The notes under the pieces: model-generated
Databases searched by the model: none
What the model was told of the DNA's origin: nothing
What the model saw: only the letters and a program-made list of their open reading frames with translations
Made by a program: the position numbers and the translations under genes
Part shown: one piece after another, positions 40,099 to 50,139 of the stretch
Position numbering within the stretch: the stretch's first letter is position 1
Layout of the letters: every line of letters starts with the position of its first letter
Assembly (NCBI GenBank): GCA_965248445.1
Contig: CBDFJG010000004.1
Span: 1,536,001-1,600,000, forward strand
Source: Planctomycetota bacterium
Lineage (GTDB): Bacteria > Planctomycetota > JAJSAM01 > JAJVHW01
DNA length: 64,000 bases
Direction of reading: 5' to 3'

Positions 40099-42447
40099 AT
40101 GACCCGGACGAGGAGAGTCCTCCTCCCTGCGCTGATCGTCGTGGTGGTCGCCATCGTCGCGACACTCCTGGCGATCGCTCTGCGTTCGCACGGTGGCGAT
40201 AGCGGGAGCCGTGAGGACACGACGAGCGCTGAACGCGATCCCGACCTGCCCGCGCCCACGCAGGCCGACCGCAACCCGGATGAGACTCCCCGGGAGGCCG
40301 GCACCCTGGTCGGCCGCGTGCGGCGCCGCGATGACGGCGCGCCGGCCGGAGGAGCGCGGGTCGTTCTCAGTGGCGGCGGCATGGACCGGGTGGCCACGAC
40401 CGCCCGCGACGGGTCCTTCTCCTTCGAGCACGTGGACCGGAGCGGACACTTCGACCTCAGCGTGCAGGTTGACGGGTTCGGACCGCTGGTGCGGCGGGGG
40501 CTGCGCCTCGGACGCCACCGGCGCTTGGATCTGCGGACGCTCTGGCTCACTGCCGGTGCCCGCATCCGTGTCGTCGTTCGCGACGTCGGGGGATCCGAGA
40601 TCTCCGGGGCGACGGTCGAGGCATATCTTGCCGGAGACGGAGCGTCGCCGTTCGAGGCCGGTGTGCTGCCGACACCGGTGGCGGGCCGGCGCACCTCGTC
40701 GCACGGAATAGCCGCGTTCGACGATCTTTCCTCCGACACCTGGGTGTTCGTGGCGCGTGCGGCAGGGCGCGAGCGCCGTTCGACCGGCCCCGTGACGGTG
40801 CACGGGAGCACCAGCGTGCAGAAGTTCCTCATCACGCTGGGGCCCGCCGCGCAGCTCGCCGGGGTGGTACGCGCACGTGGCGGCGGGCCGCTCGATGGTG
40901 TCGAAGTCGTCGCCATGCGGCGCACGCTCGCAGCCGATCATCGAACTGCTCCGCTGGCGGTCCGCACCGTCACCGGGGCCGACGGTTCGTTCACGCTGCG
41001 CGGCCTGCCGGTCGGAGACGTCGTCATCTGGACCGCCCGCGACGGCGAGCCACTGACCGTGGCGGCCGCGGTGAGCGTCCCGGAGGTCGCGCAGCTGGAC
41101 ATCACGCTCGCTCCCTCGGCGCGCTTGGTGGGGCGCCTGGTGCAGGTCGAGAGCGGCGAACCGCTCGGCGACGCCATCGTGCACGCGCGCTTCGTTCTGC
41201 CGCTCGGCATCCCGACCACCGTCAGCGGTGCGGCGAACGCGCAGGGTGAGTTCGACCTGCGGTTGCCCGGCGCGGGGCGCGTGGACGAGATCGACGTCGT
41301 GGCACCTGGCATGCATCCCGTCAAGGGGTGGGGGCCGAACCTCGACATCGTCACCGTCCAGAGTCACGTCTACGAGGTGCTGATCGAGATGGCGGCCGGC
41401 GTGCGTCTGACCGGTGTGGTCAAGGGAGGCGGCGCGCCGCTAGCCGGAGCGACCGTCGTGGTCGAGCATCCGGTCGAGACCCGCGAGGCGACGACCGACT
41501 TCGAGGGTCGATACGTCTTCGAGTCGCTGCGCGCAGGCGCCGTCACCGTCCGTGCACGACGCTGGGGTCACGGGCCGGCCGCTGTGGGTGTGACGGTCCC
41601 GGCGGATCGCGGCGGCGGCACGCTGCGTCAGGACTTCGATCTCGAGCGCGGCGTGAGCGCCAAGGGCGTGGTGCTCGACGCCAAGGGGGATCCCGCGGCC
41701 GGCGCCGACGTGTTCGTGACCGACCAGCCGCGCGCCGTCGGCACCGAGACCAACGCGCACGGCCACTTCGAGACCGGTCCGCTCACTCCCGGGGAGCAAT
41801 GGGTGGAAGTGCACCACACCGGTCACAGCCCGTCGTACGCGAAGGTCCAGGCGGGCGTCACCGCGCTCCTCCGGCTGCGTCCGCTCGTCCGAGTTCGGGG
41901 GCGCGTCACGGACCGCGGTGGCAATGCCGTCCCGGGTGCGATCGTGCGTGCCGCGGGGAGCGACGGCGCGTCCGGCGGTGCGGACCCGATGCAACTGGAC
42001 TGGGCGTGGCTCGCGATGGACCGTTCGTCGGTGTCGGCGGATGGCACGTTCGATCACAGCGTGGCGATCATCGAGAGCGCGTATCTCGTGCGCGCCGAGG
42101 CGCCGGGTTACGCGCCGGTCACGGTGCAAGGCACGGACGCGGAGTTGCACCTGATGCTCGATCGCGGCGTCGCGCTCGAAGGCGTGGTCGAGGACGGCCG
42201 GGGCAACCCGGTCGCGGGCGCTTGGGTCGGGGTCACGCGCATCGCGGACGCGGCCGATCCCGAGAAAGTCCGTTATCCAGGAGCGTGGGGGCCGCCGGTG
42301 CGGGCAGTCACGGACGCCCAGGGGCGATTCGAGATTCCGGGGCTCTTGCGAGAGCGATACCTGGTCATGGCCCGTGTGGACGGTGCCTGGACGGCCCGCG
42401 CTGCGGCAGATGCGCCCTCCAGCCGGGTGAGGCTGGCTCCGCGCTGA
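40099..42447 (+). CDS. Membrane-anchored protein with repeated carboxypeptidase-regulatory-like domains
   Basis: N-terminal TM; repeated G.V.D..G.PV.GA.V...TD..G.F motifs. Confidence 0.85.
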   Translation: MTRTRRVLLPALIVVVVAIVATLLAIALRSHGGDSGSREDTTSAERDPDLPAPTQADRNPDETPREAGTLVGRVRRRDDGAPAGGARVVLSGGGMDRVATTARDGSFSFEHVDRSGHFDLSVQVDGFGPLVRRGLRLGRHRRLDLRTLWLTAGARIRVVVRDVGGSEISGATVEAYLAGDGASPFEAGVLPTPVAGRRTSSHGIAAFDDLSSDTWVFVARAAGRERRSTGPVTVHGSTSVQKFLITLGPAAQLAGVVRARGGGPLDGVEVVAMRRTLAADHRTAPLAVRTVTGADGSFTLRGLPVGDVVIWTARDGEPLTVAAAVSVPEVAQLDITLAPSARLVGRLVQVESGEPLGDAIVHARFVLPLGIPTTVSGAANAQGEFDLRLPGAGRVDEIDVVAPGMHPVKGWGPNLDIVTVQSHVYEVLIEMAAGVRLTGVVKGGGAPLAGATVVVEHPVETREATTDFEGRYVFESLRAGAVTVRARRWGHGPAAVGVTVPADRGGGTLRQDFDLERGVSAKGVVLDAKGDPAAGADVFVTDQPRAVGTETNAHGHFETGPLTPGEQWVEVHHTGHSPSYAKVQAGVTALLRLRPLVRVRGRVTDRGGNAVPGAIVRAAGSDGASGGADPMQLDWAWLAMDRSSVSADGTFDHSVAIIESAYLVRAEAPGYAPVTVQGTDAELHLMLDRGVALEGVVEDGRGNPVAGAWVGVTRIADAADPEKVRYPGAWGPPVRAVTDAQGRFEIPGLLRERYLVMARVDGAWTARAAADAPSSRVRLAPR

Positions 42448-42513
42448 TCCGCCGCATCGGGCCCCATCCGCGGCCCCCATCCGCGGCGAGGAGCGGTACG
42501 ATTCAGTCTCCCC

Positions 42514-44016
42514 ATGCAACGGCTCCCTCTGCTGCTGGTCCTCGCGCTCGTCGCAGCTCTTCCGGGCGGCTCGTTGCGTGCCGATGGATTCAAGGTCTCG
42601 ATCGCGAATGGTGATCGTGTGCGCGGGACGATCGATCCCGCGTTTCAAGTCGACACCTTCCGCCTCGACATCCCGTCCGGAGCTCAGCTCTCCGTGACGG
42701 CGAAGGCGAAGTCGACATCGCGATACAGGCATCCACCGTCCGTTCGTCTGCGTCTGCTCGGACCCTCCCTCACCGACGTCGGCGGCGACGCGCTGCAGAA
42801 CACTCCCAAGCGAGCCCGCATCAAGAAGTTCGTGGCGGATGACACCGGGGAATACGCGCTCGAACTGCGGGGCGACGACTTCGACGTCGGCGACTACACG
42901 TTCCGCGCACGGTTCAAGTACACGAAGCGGCTGAAGATCCCGGACGTCGCGCCCGGCGCACTCGGCGTCACCGTGAAGTTCTCCGCTCCCGGAGGCACGG
43001 TCCTCAAGGCGATCGTGAAGCCTCAGGGGCGCTCGGGCGCGCGGCCGCGCATTCGCAAGATCAGCCTGGACGCGCCCGGCGCCGAGGCGATCGTGGCGCC
43101 CGAAGTCGGGACCGTTACCACGGCGCGGCACGTCGTGGATGACGTGCTGCTGCGCGACACCGCCGACTACGCCATCGAACTGCGCGACGCTGCGGTGTCG
43201 CTCGAGCCAGTCACTCTCGTGCTCAAGATGAAGCCGCCGCGGCTGTCCCGTCGCAAGGTCAGCCTCACCGAGGGCGATCTGGGCGCACTGCCCGACGACG
43301 TGGAAATCGTGGCGACGGTGCTGGGCAAGACGACGGGGACGTACGCGGCCGCGCGCAATCCGCGCGACGCCGACGCTGCGCGCGCTTCAGTGAGTGTGCC
43401 GGCTGGCGTCCTCGATGACGGCGCGCCGATCGTGCTCGGCCTGGCGCCGGAGTTCGCGGCACCGGCGGGGACTGGCCTGTTGCCAGTCGGCCGGCCGATC
43501 TACGTCGGCCCCGACGTGCTGGATCTTCCGCAACTCGCGACGGGCACGGCGGGCTTCGACGTGGCAGCGATGGGTGGCGACAGTTCCACGCTGCGTGTCG
43601 TGCACCGCGATCCCTCGTTCACGTTGAGCGTGCTCTCTCGACAGGCGATCAGCGTGGACGACGGGACGGAGACTGTGTCGTTCCCGCTCGGGCGCTCCGG
43701 AGCGTTCGGTGCGTTCCGTCTGTGGCCGGCGCCCGATCTCGTGACGCTCAATCCGTTCATCGGCGGCGGCCAGGGCGGCTTCCCCATCTCGATCTTCGGC
43801 AGCGGGCTGCGGCCGGGCGTCCTGGACGACGGTGACCCGATCATGGAGATCCTGCTGGACGACGTCGTCGTCGACGTGACGATCACCCAGGTGACCGATC
43901 TCTTCATCACGTTCATCGCGCCGGCGCATCTGATCGGCGACGTGACGTTCAGCGTCCGGGACCGGGAGACGGGTCTGAGCGGACGACTGCCGACAGGGTC
44001 CTTCGAGTACCGCTAG
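42514..44016 (+). CDS. Secreted protein with N-terminal PPC-like and C-terminal IPT/TIG-like domains
   Basis: Signal peptide; C-terminal P.L.TLNP..G..GG..ISIFGSG...APAH..G.V...F.Y pattern. Confidence 0.7.
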   Translation: MQRLPLLLVLALVAALPGGSLRADGFKVSIANGDRVRGTIDPAFQVDTFRLDIPSGAQLSVTAKAKSTSRYRHPPSVRLRLLGPSLTDVGGDALQNTPKRARIKKFVADDTGEYALELRGDDFDVGDYTFRARFKYTKRLKIPDVAPGALGVTVKFSAPGGTVLKAIVKPQGRSGARPRIRKISLDAPGAEAIVAPEVGTVTTARHVVDDVLLRDTADYAIELRDAAVSLEPVTLVLKMKPPRLSRRKVSLTEGDLGALPDDVEIVATVLGKTTGTYAAARNPRDADAARASVSVPAGVLDDGAPIVLGLAPEFAAPAGTGLLPVGRPIYVGPDVLDLPQLATGTAGFDVAAMGGDSSTLRVVHRDPSFTLSVLSRQAISVDDGTETVSFPLGRSGAFGAFRLWPAPDLVTLNPFIGGGQGGFPISIFGSGLRPGVLDDGDPIMEILLDDVVVDVTITQVTDLFITFIAPAHLIGDVTFSVRDRETGLSGRLPTGSFEYR

Positions 44017-44026
44017 CCGAGTCTCC

Positions 44027-44412
44027 CTCCTACGCGGTCTCCGACCGCTACGGAGGGCTCCGGGCACATCGGGTGCGCCGCACCCGATGTGCCCTCCGCA
44101 TTCGCGCAACAAGCGCCGGCCTGCTGTCGGGGCGGAGTTCCACCCCGCCCGCGACGAGGTCCTTTCGCGAGCGGGACTCATTGTTCCGCGGCCCGTCGAG
44201 TGCGTCCTCGTCGCCGGATCGATCAGCCGGTGCGCTGGTGCGGACGTTCACGGGCGGGGGTGGAATCTCGCCCCTGCACGCTCATGCAGTGGCGCCCGCG
44301 TGGAAGCCGGTAGAGCACGTGCGCGCTCGTTGCGCGAATCGGGAGGGCGGGGCGGTTGCGAAGCAAGCGCCGTGACCGACCACCTCCGGAGCGTCCGGAG
44401 GACGCGTAGGAG
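44027..44412. repeat. Nested inverted-repeat (REP/REPIN/MITE-like) intergenic element
   Basis: Three pairs of inverted blocks (25/30, 23/26 and a REP-like pair) plus internal hairpins. Confidence 0.7.
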
Positions 44413-44467
44413 AGAATCGAATCCGCGAACGAATGGCGCGCGGATTGCCCCGCAAACCGCGTGACAC

Positions 44468-44516
44468 GCTCAGCATCATGTAACGACCGCGGAGCGGCCG
44501 CTACATGATGCTGAGC
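44468..44516. terminator. Long hairpin overlapping the stop codon of the HEAT gene (possible terminator or stabiliser)
   Basis: Perfect 15-bp IR GCTCAGCATCATGTA / TACATGATGCTGAGC; no U-tract. Confidence 0.4.
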
Positions 44517-46183
44517 ACTTCGTTCAGCGGGTCCATGCCGATCGTGTAGTTGTTGTCGATCGAGAACCGCGCGAGCTGCGGGATGGGCGACGGATCGGCG
44601 AGCACGCCGAGCGACACGACCGCGAAGGCGCGCACGAGATCCTGGTCCTTCTTGTTCCTGTAGACGCCCAGCAGATCGGTCACCGACTCGTTGCGCCGCA
44701 GCACACCGAACGCCATCGCAGCGCTCCCGCGCTCGTAGATGCTGCCGTCGCCGTGCAACGTCTCCTTGAGATACCTGCGTGCAGCGGGGTCGTGCAGGAG
44801 GCCGAGCGCGATCGCGAGGTTCATGCGGTGGCGGGGGTCGTTGGAGTCGGCGAGCTTCTCCCGCAGCAGCGGAGCGGACGAACCGCTCTGGAGCATGGCG
44901 AGCGCGAGCGCCCCGTAGCTCGAGAGCCAGATGTGGCCCTTGTCCGCGGCGGCGGCCTCGAGAAGCGGCACCGCGTCGCGGTCACCCATCAGTCCGAGTG
45001 CGATGCAGTAGGCGCCGCGGACGTGCTTGTTCCGTTCCTCGGCGAGTGCCCGACGCACGGTGCGCGCCGCCGTGTCCCGTCCCGCGAGCCCGAGCGCCAG
45101 TGCCAGGAACGGGCGGTCCGAGGACTTCCCCTTGGCGAACTTCTTCTCGAGCTTCACCAGGATGTCGTCGTTGCCCATGCGGCCGAGTGCCACGGCCGCG
45201 AAGTGCCGGACGTTCGGGTCCGCGTCGTCGAACGCACGGAAGAGCGCCTTCACGGCATCGTCGTCGTCCGAAGTCGCCACCTTGCCGACACCGATCACCG
45301 CCGACCGCCGGACCACGGCCTTGCTGTCCTTCATCAGGCGGACAAGCAGGTCGAGAGACTCGCGCTGCTCGAGTCGGCCGATGCCGAGGCCGGCGTACGA
45401 CCGCACCATGTCGTCGTGGTGCTTGCTGACGACGACCTTGTTCAGTGCAGGGAGCGCAGCCGCGGGCCGATCGGCCAGGCCGAGTGCGACAAGGCACGAC
45501 GCCACGAGAGGCGGCTGCTCGCGTGACGGCGCGCCGCTGCGCGCCGTCTTGCCCAGGAATCGCAGCAGCATCGCGGTCGAGTCGTCGCCGCCGACCATGC
45601 CCAGGCCGAAAGCGGCGAACGAACGCCGGCGCGTCGCCTGCTGCTTGTCGTTCAGGAACTCCACGAGAAACGGCAGGTTCTCGTCGCCGCCGAGCATCCC
45701 GAGCGCCAGCAGCGCCGAGTCACGGACGTCCTTGTGCGTGTCTTTGAAGAGCGCCCTGCGCAGCGGTTCCGCCGCGCGCTCATCCTTCGTCTTGCCGAGT
45801 GCGATCGCGGCTGCGGTGCGCACCTCGAAGCTGTCGTCGTTCAGCGCTTCGAGGAAGATCGGTACCAGACGTGCACGGACGCGCGTGTCCTCTCGCGCGC
45901 GCCGGGCGAGTCGCGCGGCTGGATCGTCGCGAAGGCTCGGCGTGATGTCCGCCGGCTCGTCACGCATTCGCTCGTGCAAACGAAGGTGGAACTCCTTGTT
46001 CGCGGACCACCACGCCTGCCACGCCGTGACCGGGCCGGGAGGATCGGCGGTGCCGGGCGGCACGCCGCCACTGGGCTGTCCGCCGCCCGCATTGGGGCCG
46101 CGGAACGCGCCTCCGTGCGCGAATGCGACGGGCGCGGAGCCCGCGATCACGAGGAGCGCAAGACAGGCGCTTCGAAGGTGCAT
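44501..46183 (-). CDS. Secreted HEAT-repeat protein
   Basis: AGGAGG RBS; signal peptide (AFAHGG); more than 10 VR.AAA.ALG repeats. Confidence 0.88.
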   Translation of the reverse strand: MHLRSACLALLVIAGSAPVAFAHGGAFRGPNAGGGQPSGGVPPGTADPPGPVTAWQAWWSANKEFHLRLHERMRDEPADITPSLRDDPAARLARRAREDTRVRARLVPIFLEALNDDSFEVRTAAAIALGKTKDERAAEPLRRALFKDTHKDVRDSALLALGMLGGDENLPFLVEFLNDKQQATRRRSFAAFGLGMVGGDDSTAMLLRFLGKTARSGAPSREQPPLVASCLVALGLADRPAAALPALNKVVVSKHHDDMVRSYAGLGIGRLEQRESLDLLVRLMKDSKAVVRRSAVIGVGKVATSDDDDAVKALFRAFDDADPNVRHFAAVALGRMGNDDILVKLEKKFAKGKSSDRPFLALALGLAGRDTAARTVRRALAEERNKHVRGAYCIALGLMGDRDAVPLLEAAAADKGHIWLSSYGALALAMLQSGSSAPLLREKLADSNDPRHRMNLAIALGLLHDPAARRYLKETLHGDGSIYERGSAAMAFGVLRRNESVTDLLGVYRNKKDQDLVRAFAVVSLGVLADPSPIPQLARFSIDNNYTIGMDPLNEVLSIM

Positions 46184-46263
46184 ACGACTAGCCTCCTGAC
46201 CGCTCGATCTAAGCAGAGACTAACCGGTGTAGCCCGTCCGGCTACGGTCACAGGCTGCCGGGG

Positions 46264-46980
46264 CTACTCGGCGGGCAGCGTCTGGACGTAGGTCAGCACA
46301 TCCACGGAGACCGAGAGGTCGAGCGCGCGCAGGGCGGGCATCTCCGTCGCCGGCTGGCCGTTGAGGATCTTGTGGAGCGTCTCCCAGGGGTTCTTCCGGG
46401 AGACAGCCCCGAGCACAGGCATCTCCTCGGCCTTCCCGTCGCTGCCGTGGCAGCCGGCGCAGATGGTCTTGTAGTAGACCCGGCCTCGGGCGACGTCGCC
46501 TTGAGCCTCTGCAGAGGCTCGGTCGATCACGCCGTCCATGTCCATCGTGCCGGCCGCGACGAACGTCGCGAGCGTCCGCAGGTCGTCCGCGCCGAGGACC
46601 TCGCCGAACCCGTGCGTCTCGTCCCGCAGGATCGAAATGATCTCGTCCGCATTCGCTCCGCTCCGCGTGAGAACGCCTGCGATGCCGGTCGCGTGCTTGC
46701 CGGATGCATAGGCCCCGTCCTTGCCCGCGTAGTCCCAGCCGTGACACTCCTTGCAGCGCCAGTTCGCGCCGGGTTTCGCGGCGTACGCGGCATCGGCCGG
46801 GTACGCGGAGTGGGGCGCGGTCGGTTCGGTGAGCTCGGCCTCTGCGAACCACTTGTCGTATAGCCGCCCGCCTCGGGCGAGATCGGCCTCCATGGAGAGG
46901 TCGCGCGCGGTCGGCGCGACCTCCCGGGGCGAGCACGCAGCGAGGAGGAGGGCGACGCATGGGAGGATCGTGCGGAGCAT
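46264..46980 (-). CDS. Dihaem cytochrome c lipoprotein
   Basis: LAAC lipobox; CKECH and CAGCH haem motifs; GGRLYDKW. Confidence 0.88.
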   Translation of the reverse strand: MLRTILPCVALLLAACSPREVAPTARDLSMEADLARGGRLYDKWFAEAELTEPTAPHSAYPADAAYAAKPGANWRCKECHGWDYAGKDGAYASGKHATGIAGVLTRSGANADEIISILRDETHGFGEVLGADDLRTLATFVAAGTMDMDGVIDRASAEAQGDVARGRVYYKTICAGCHGSDGKAEEMPVLGAVSRKNPWETLHKILNGQPATEMPALRALDLSVSVDVLTYVQTLPAE

Positions 46981-47028
46981 GCCTGGGAGGCTACTCCGGA
47001 TTCCGAGGATCGACGAATCCCGGCCGTG

Positions 47029-47475
47029 TCAGTCGGCGGCTTGGCACGCGGTGCAAAGCACATCGTACTCGACGCGCATGCCGTCGGCGACGAGGCCGGC
47101 GGGCAGCTTGGGCAACTTGCCCGGGCGCGGGAATCGCGAGATCTCGATGTCCTTGATCGCCCCGCACTTGCGACACGCTGCGTGATCGTGCGGCTCGACG
47201 AGGCCGTCGAAGCGCAGGCGTCCGTCGCACGTCGCGACGCGGCTGCCGAGACCGACGCGCACGAACGACTCGAGTCCGTCGTACACCGTCGAGAGCGCGA
47301 GCGTCGGGTGGTTCGGCCGAAGACTCACGTGCAACTGCTCGGCGGTCGGATGACGCGTGTCTTTGCGCAACGCGGCAAGAAGCGCCAAGCGTGTGGCGGT
47401 GGCCCGGAGGCCGGCCTCTCGGAGTTCGGCGACGAGACGTCTCGGATCTGTACGCACAACGGTGGACTGCGTCAT
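47029..47475 (-). CDS. Fur-family regulator (PerR-like)
   Basis: HPTAEQL, STVY, RFD, HDHAACRKCG and CTAC motifs. Confidence 0.88.
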   Translation of the reverse strand: MTQSTVVRTDPRRLVAELREAGLRATATRLALLAALRKDTRHPTAEQLHVSLRPNHPTLALSTVYDGLESFVRVGLGSRVATCDGRLRFDGLVEPHDHAACRKCGAIKDIEISRFPRPGKLPKLPAGLVADGMRVEYDVLCTACQAAD

Positions 47476-47624
47476 GGATCGGAAGCCCTCCCAAGCTGCC
47501 TTCTTCCGGACGCGCGAACGAACGCGGCGAGGAGGCCATTGAACCCGCTCCTGAGCGGGTCGCGCAACTCGAAACCCGAGCGCAGGCGTGAGTGTTCGGG
47601 CCATTCAGGCTGCTACGAGGGGGA

Positions 47625-48629
47625 TCAGTCGACCCGCAGGATGTCGCACAGCGTGAACTGACCCGACACGGTCTCGATGCCTGCAGGCGTTTGCACTTCG
47701 ATGGAGAAGCGCCCTGCGAGCGTCTTGTGCGCCAGGTCGAACGCATCGACGGACAGCGTGCCCGCGGTTCCGACGTGCAGGTCTTCGCCGTTCTGCAACT
47801 CGGCCCGCGCTTGGGAGATGGCGGGACCGACGTCGTAGCTGCCGACGCCGTCGAACGAAATCGGCGGGAACGCAAGACGCACCACGCGACCGTCCGGGGT
47901 CTTTGCCTCCACGTGCAGCGTGGAGACGACACCGCGCGAAGTCGTCGACAAGAGGCCGCCGACCGCCGTGGCGGAGAACGCCTCACCGAGAGAGGACCCG
48001 TCCAGGTGCACGACGCCTGCGGCGGTGCCTGTCTCGCTCTCGTGGCACACGTACGGCCCGACGACACCGCCGCTCCGCCGGATCTCCTTCCGCGCCCGGC
48101 GCACGCGGCGCGCGGCGCGGTCGAGGAGCCGCGCACGGACTGTCTGCAGATTCGCGGTGGACGCGCGCGCCGACAGCTCGGCCGCGATCGCGAGGAAGCG
48201 GTCCGCGCGACGACTCACCCCGGGAAGCAGGCTCTCGAGTGCGTCCGCGCCGCGCCGCGCGTCCACCTCGGTGCTCTCGTAGCGCACGTCGAGCTCGTCC
48301 AGCAGTTCGACGATGAGTGCCTTCGCGCGCTCGGAGTCCTCGTCGTCTTTCGTGTACGCGCGGTCGACGACCGTGGCGACCCGGTTCGCCGTGCGGAGTT
48401 CGCGTGCGAGTCCGGCGTGCTCGCGCCCGATCAGTCGCTCGATCTTCTCGAGGGCCACGACGCGCTTCCGAGCCAGGCGATCCGCTTCGTCGCGCAAGCG
48501 TCCCAGTCCGTCCTCGACCCAGTCGGCGAGATCTTCGGCGAAGTCCGACAGAGAACCGGCGGGTGCCGCAGTCGGAGCGGCCACGACCAGGGCGAAAGCG
48601 AGCGCGAGGGAGAGGTGGGTGCGCGACAT
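47625..48629 (-). CDS. Hypothetical secreted protein (helical N-domain, beta C-domain)
   Basis: GGAGG RBS; signal peptide. Confidence 0.7.
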   Translation of the reverse strand: MSRTHLSLALAFALVVAAPTAAPAGSLSDFAEDLADWVEDGLGRLRDEADRLARKRVVALEKIERLIGREHAGLARELRTANRVATVVDRAYTKDDEDSERAKALIVELLDELDVRYESTEVDARRGADALESLLPGVSRRADRFLAIAAELSARASTANLQTVRARLLDRAARRVRRARKEIRRSGGVVGPYVCHESETGTAAGVVHLDGSSLGEAFSATAVGGLLSTTSRGVVSTLHVEAKTPDGRVVRLAFPPISFDGVGSYDVGPAISQARAELQNGEDLHVGTAGTLSVDAFDLAHKTLAGRFSIEVQTPAGIETVSGQFTLCDILRVD

Positions 48630-48791
48630 GGCGACCTCCGGGGTGGGCGGGACCGGAGGCCCCGGACCCCATACATCGACCGTCGACTGGGGAGGGTGCA
48701 ACCGGCGCTCACGGGTCCGCCGGGCAGGCTCGGTCCGGGGTCGGCGGGAGCCCGGTCAGTCCCCGGCGCTGGCAAGTCGATCGGGCGCTGG

Positions 48792-49680
48792 TCAGTCAAT
48801 CGGGAAGTAGAGGAGCCTGCGCGGACCGTCCAGGACGAAGGGGAACGTGCGCAGCACGTCGTTGCCCAGGATGCCCCGGTCAGATGCCGTCCGCACCGCT
48901 GTGAACTGCAGGGGACGCGGGCCCAGCCGCAGTCCCTCCACCCGGCGGAACGGGGAACGGCCTCCGAACTCCGAAGCCGCTTCCGGCGAGAGCAGCGCGC
49001 GCAAGCGCGCGGTGTCCGCCGCAAACGAATAGCGCTCGTCCCACCGCGCGCCGATCACCGAAATCTCGGCGCCCGTGTCGAGGAGCATAGGGATTGGCTC
49101 GCCGTCGGGTCCCTGCAGGCGCACCACCGGTGTGCCTCCCGACCAGTCGACGCGCATCGTCACGAAGCGGCGATTCGGGTAGCGGCGGGACAGCGTCGCA
49201 CTCAGCTCGCCAGGCGGGACGATGAGCCACTCACCTGCCGGCGCATCGAAGACGGACACGAGGACCTCGAGCAGGTTGCTCCCCAGCAGCGCCTGGGGAG
49301 TGTCCGCCCCGCCGCGTCCCGGCACCGGCAGGTTGTGCAGGTCGATCAGTTGCATCGCCACGTCGTGCGCTTCCGCCGCGGGTCCGAGCTCGATGTCGAG
49401 CAGCGCGTATCGGTTGGCCGTCCGCGTCCAGCCGATACCGCGCAGGCGCCGCGGCCAGAAGTAGGCGCGCGTGGGGAGTTGAGCCGCCGCCGCGAACGTC
49501 TCGTCGGCGAGCGATGTCTCTGAGCCCGTGTCGACGAGAACGCGTGCGGGAGCACCGACTCCGCCCGTACGAATGCCGTGGCCCGCGGGGTCGAGCAGGC
49601 GACTGCAAGCAGCACCGTGCACGCGAGCGCGAGCAGGCTGCGCCAGCTACGGTGGGACGGAAGTCGCGGAATGCGCAGGG
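48792..49680 (-). CDS. Retropepsin-like aspartyl protease lipoprotein (two domains), frameshifted at ~49559; start uncertain
   Basis: LVDTGS and LLDTGA catalytic motifs, LLG/ILG motifs; the LAVAC lipobox lies in the adjacent frame. Confidence 0.7.
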
Positions 49681-49736
49681 CACGTCTCCTGTTCTCGGCG
49701 GCACGCAAGCACAGTCCCGCTCCTGGGAGGATCGAC

Positions 49737-50135
49737 ATGCCCGCCGCTCTTCGCAACATACTGAACGACCTCTCCGCGCCGGTGTACGCCGTCCTGAGGA
49801 TACTCACTGGCTTCATGTTCCTGCTCCACGGCACCTCGAAGCTGTTCGATCTGCCGGTTGGGTTCAATCCTGACCTGTGGACGAAGCACTGGTGGGGCGG
49901 CGTTCTGGAAGTCGCCTGCGGAGCCATGGTGATGTTCGGGATCCAGGCCCGCCTGGGCGCGTTCCTGGCCGCCGGCACGATGGCCGTCGCCTACTGGACC
50001 GAGCACTTCAGCCTTGAGAAGCCGCTGCCCTTCCAGAGCGGCGAGCTGGCTGTGCTCTTCTGCTGGCTGTTCCTGATCTTCGCCACCAAGGGCCCCGGCC
50101 GGTGGACGCTCTGGCCAAAGGGCAGTGCGGCCTGA
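49737..50135 (+). CDS. DoxX family membrane protein
   Basis: LRILTGFMFLLHGTSKL, GTMAVAY and GELAVLFC motifs. Confidence 0.88.
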   Translation: MPAALRNILNDLSAPVYAVLRILTGFMFLLHGTSKLFDLPVGFNPDLWTKHWWGGVLEVACGAMVMFGIQARLGAFLAAGTMAVAYWTEHFSLEKPLPFQSGELAVLFCWLFLIFATKGPGRWTLWPKGSAA

Positions 50136-50139
50136 CGGG

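Noticed and set aside
44048..44479. Short ORFs in the palindromic region
   Set aside because: No RBS, no recognisable motifs, atypical composition; better explained as non-coding structure.
44017..44500. tmRNA, RNase P RNA, SRP RNA or tRNA in the long intergenic region
   Set aside because: No GAGGAAAGTCC, no tRNA-like T-arm or CCA end, and no SRP core motif seen on either strand.
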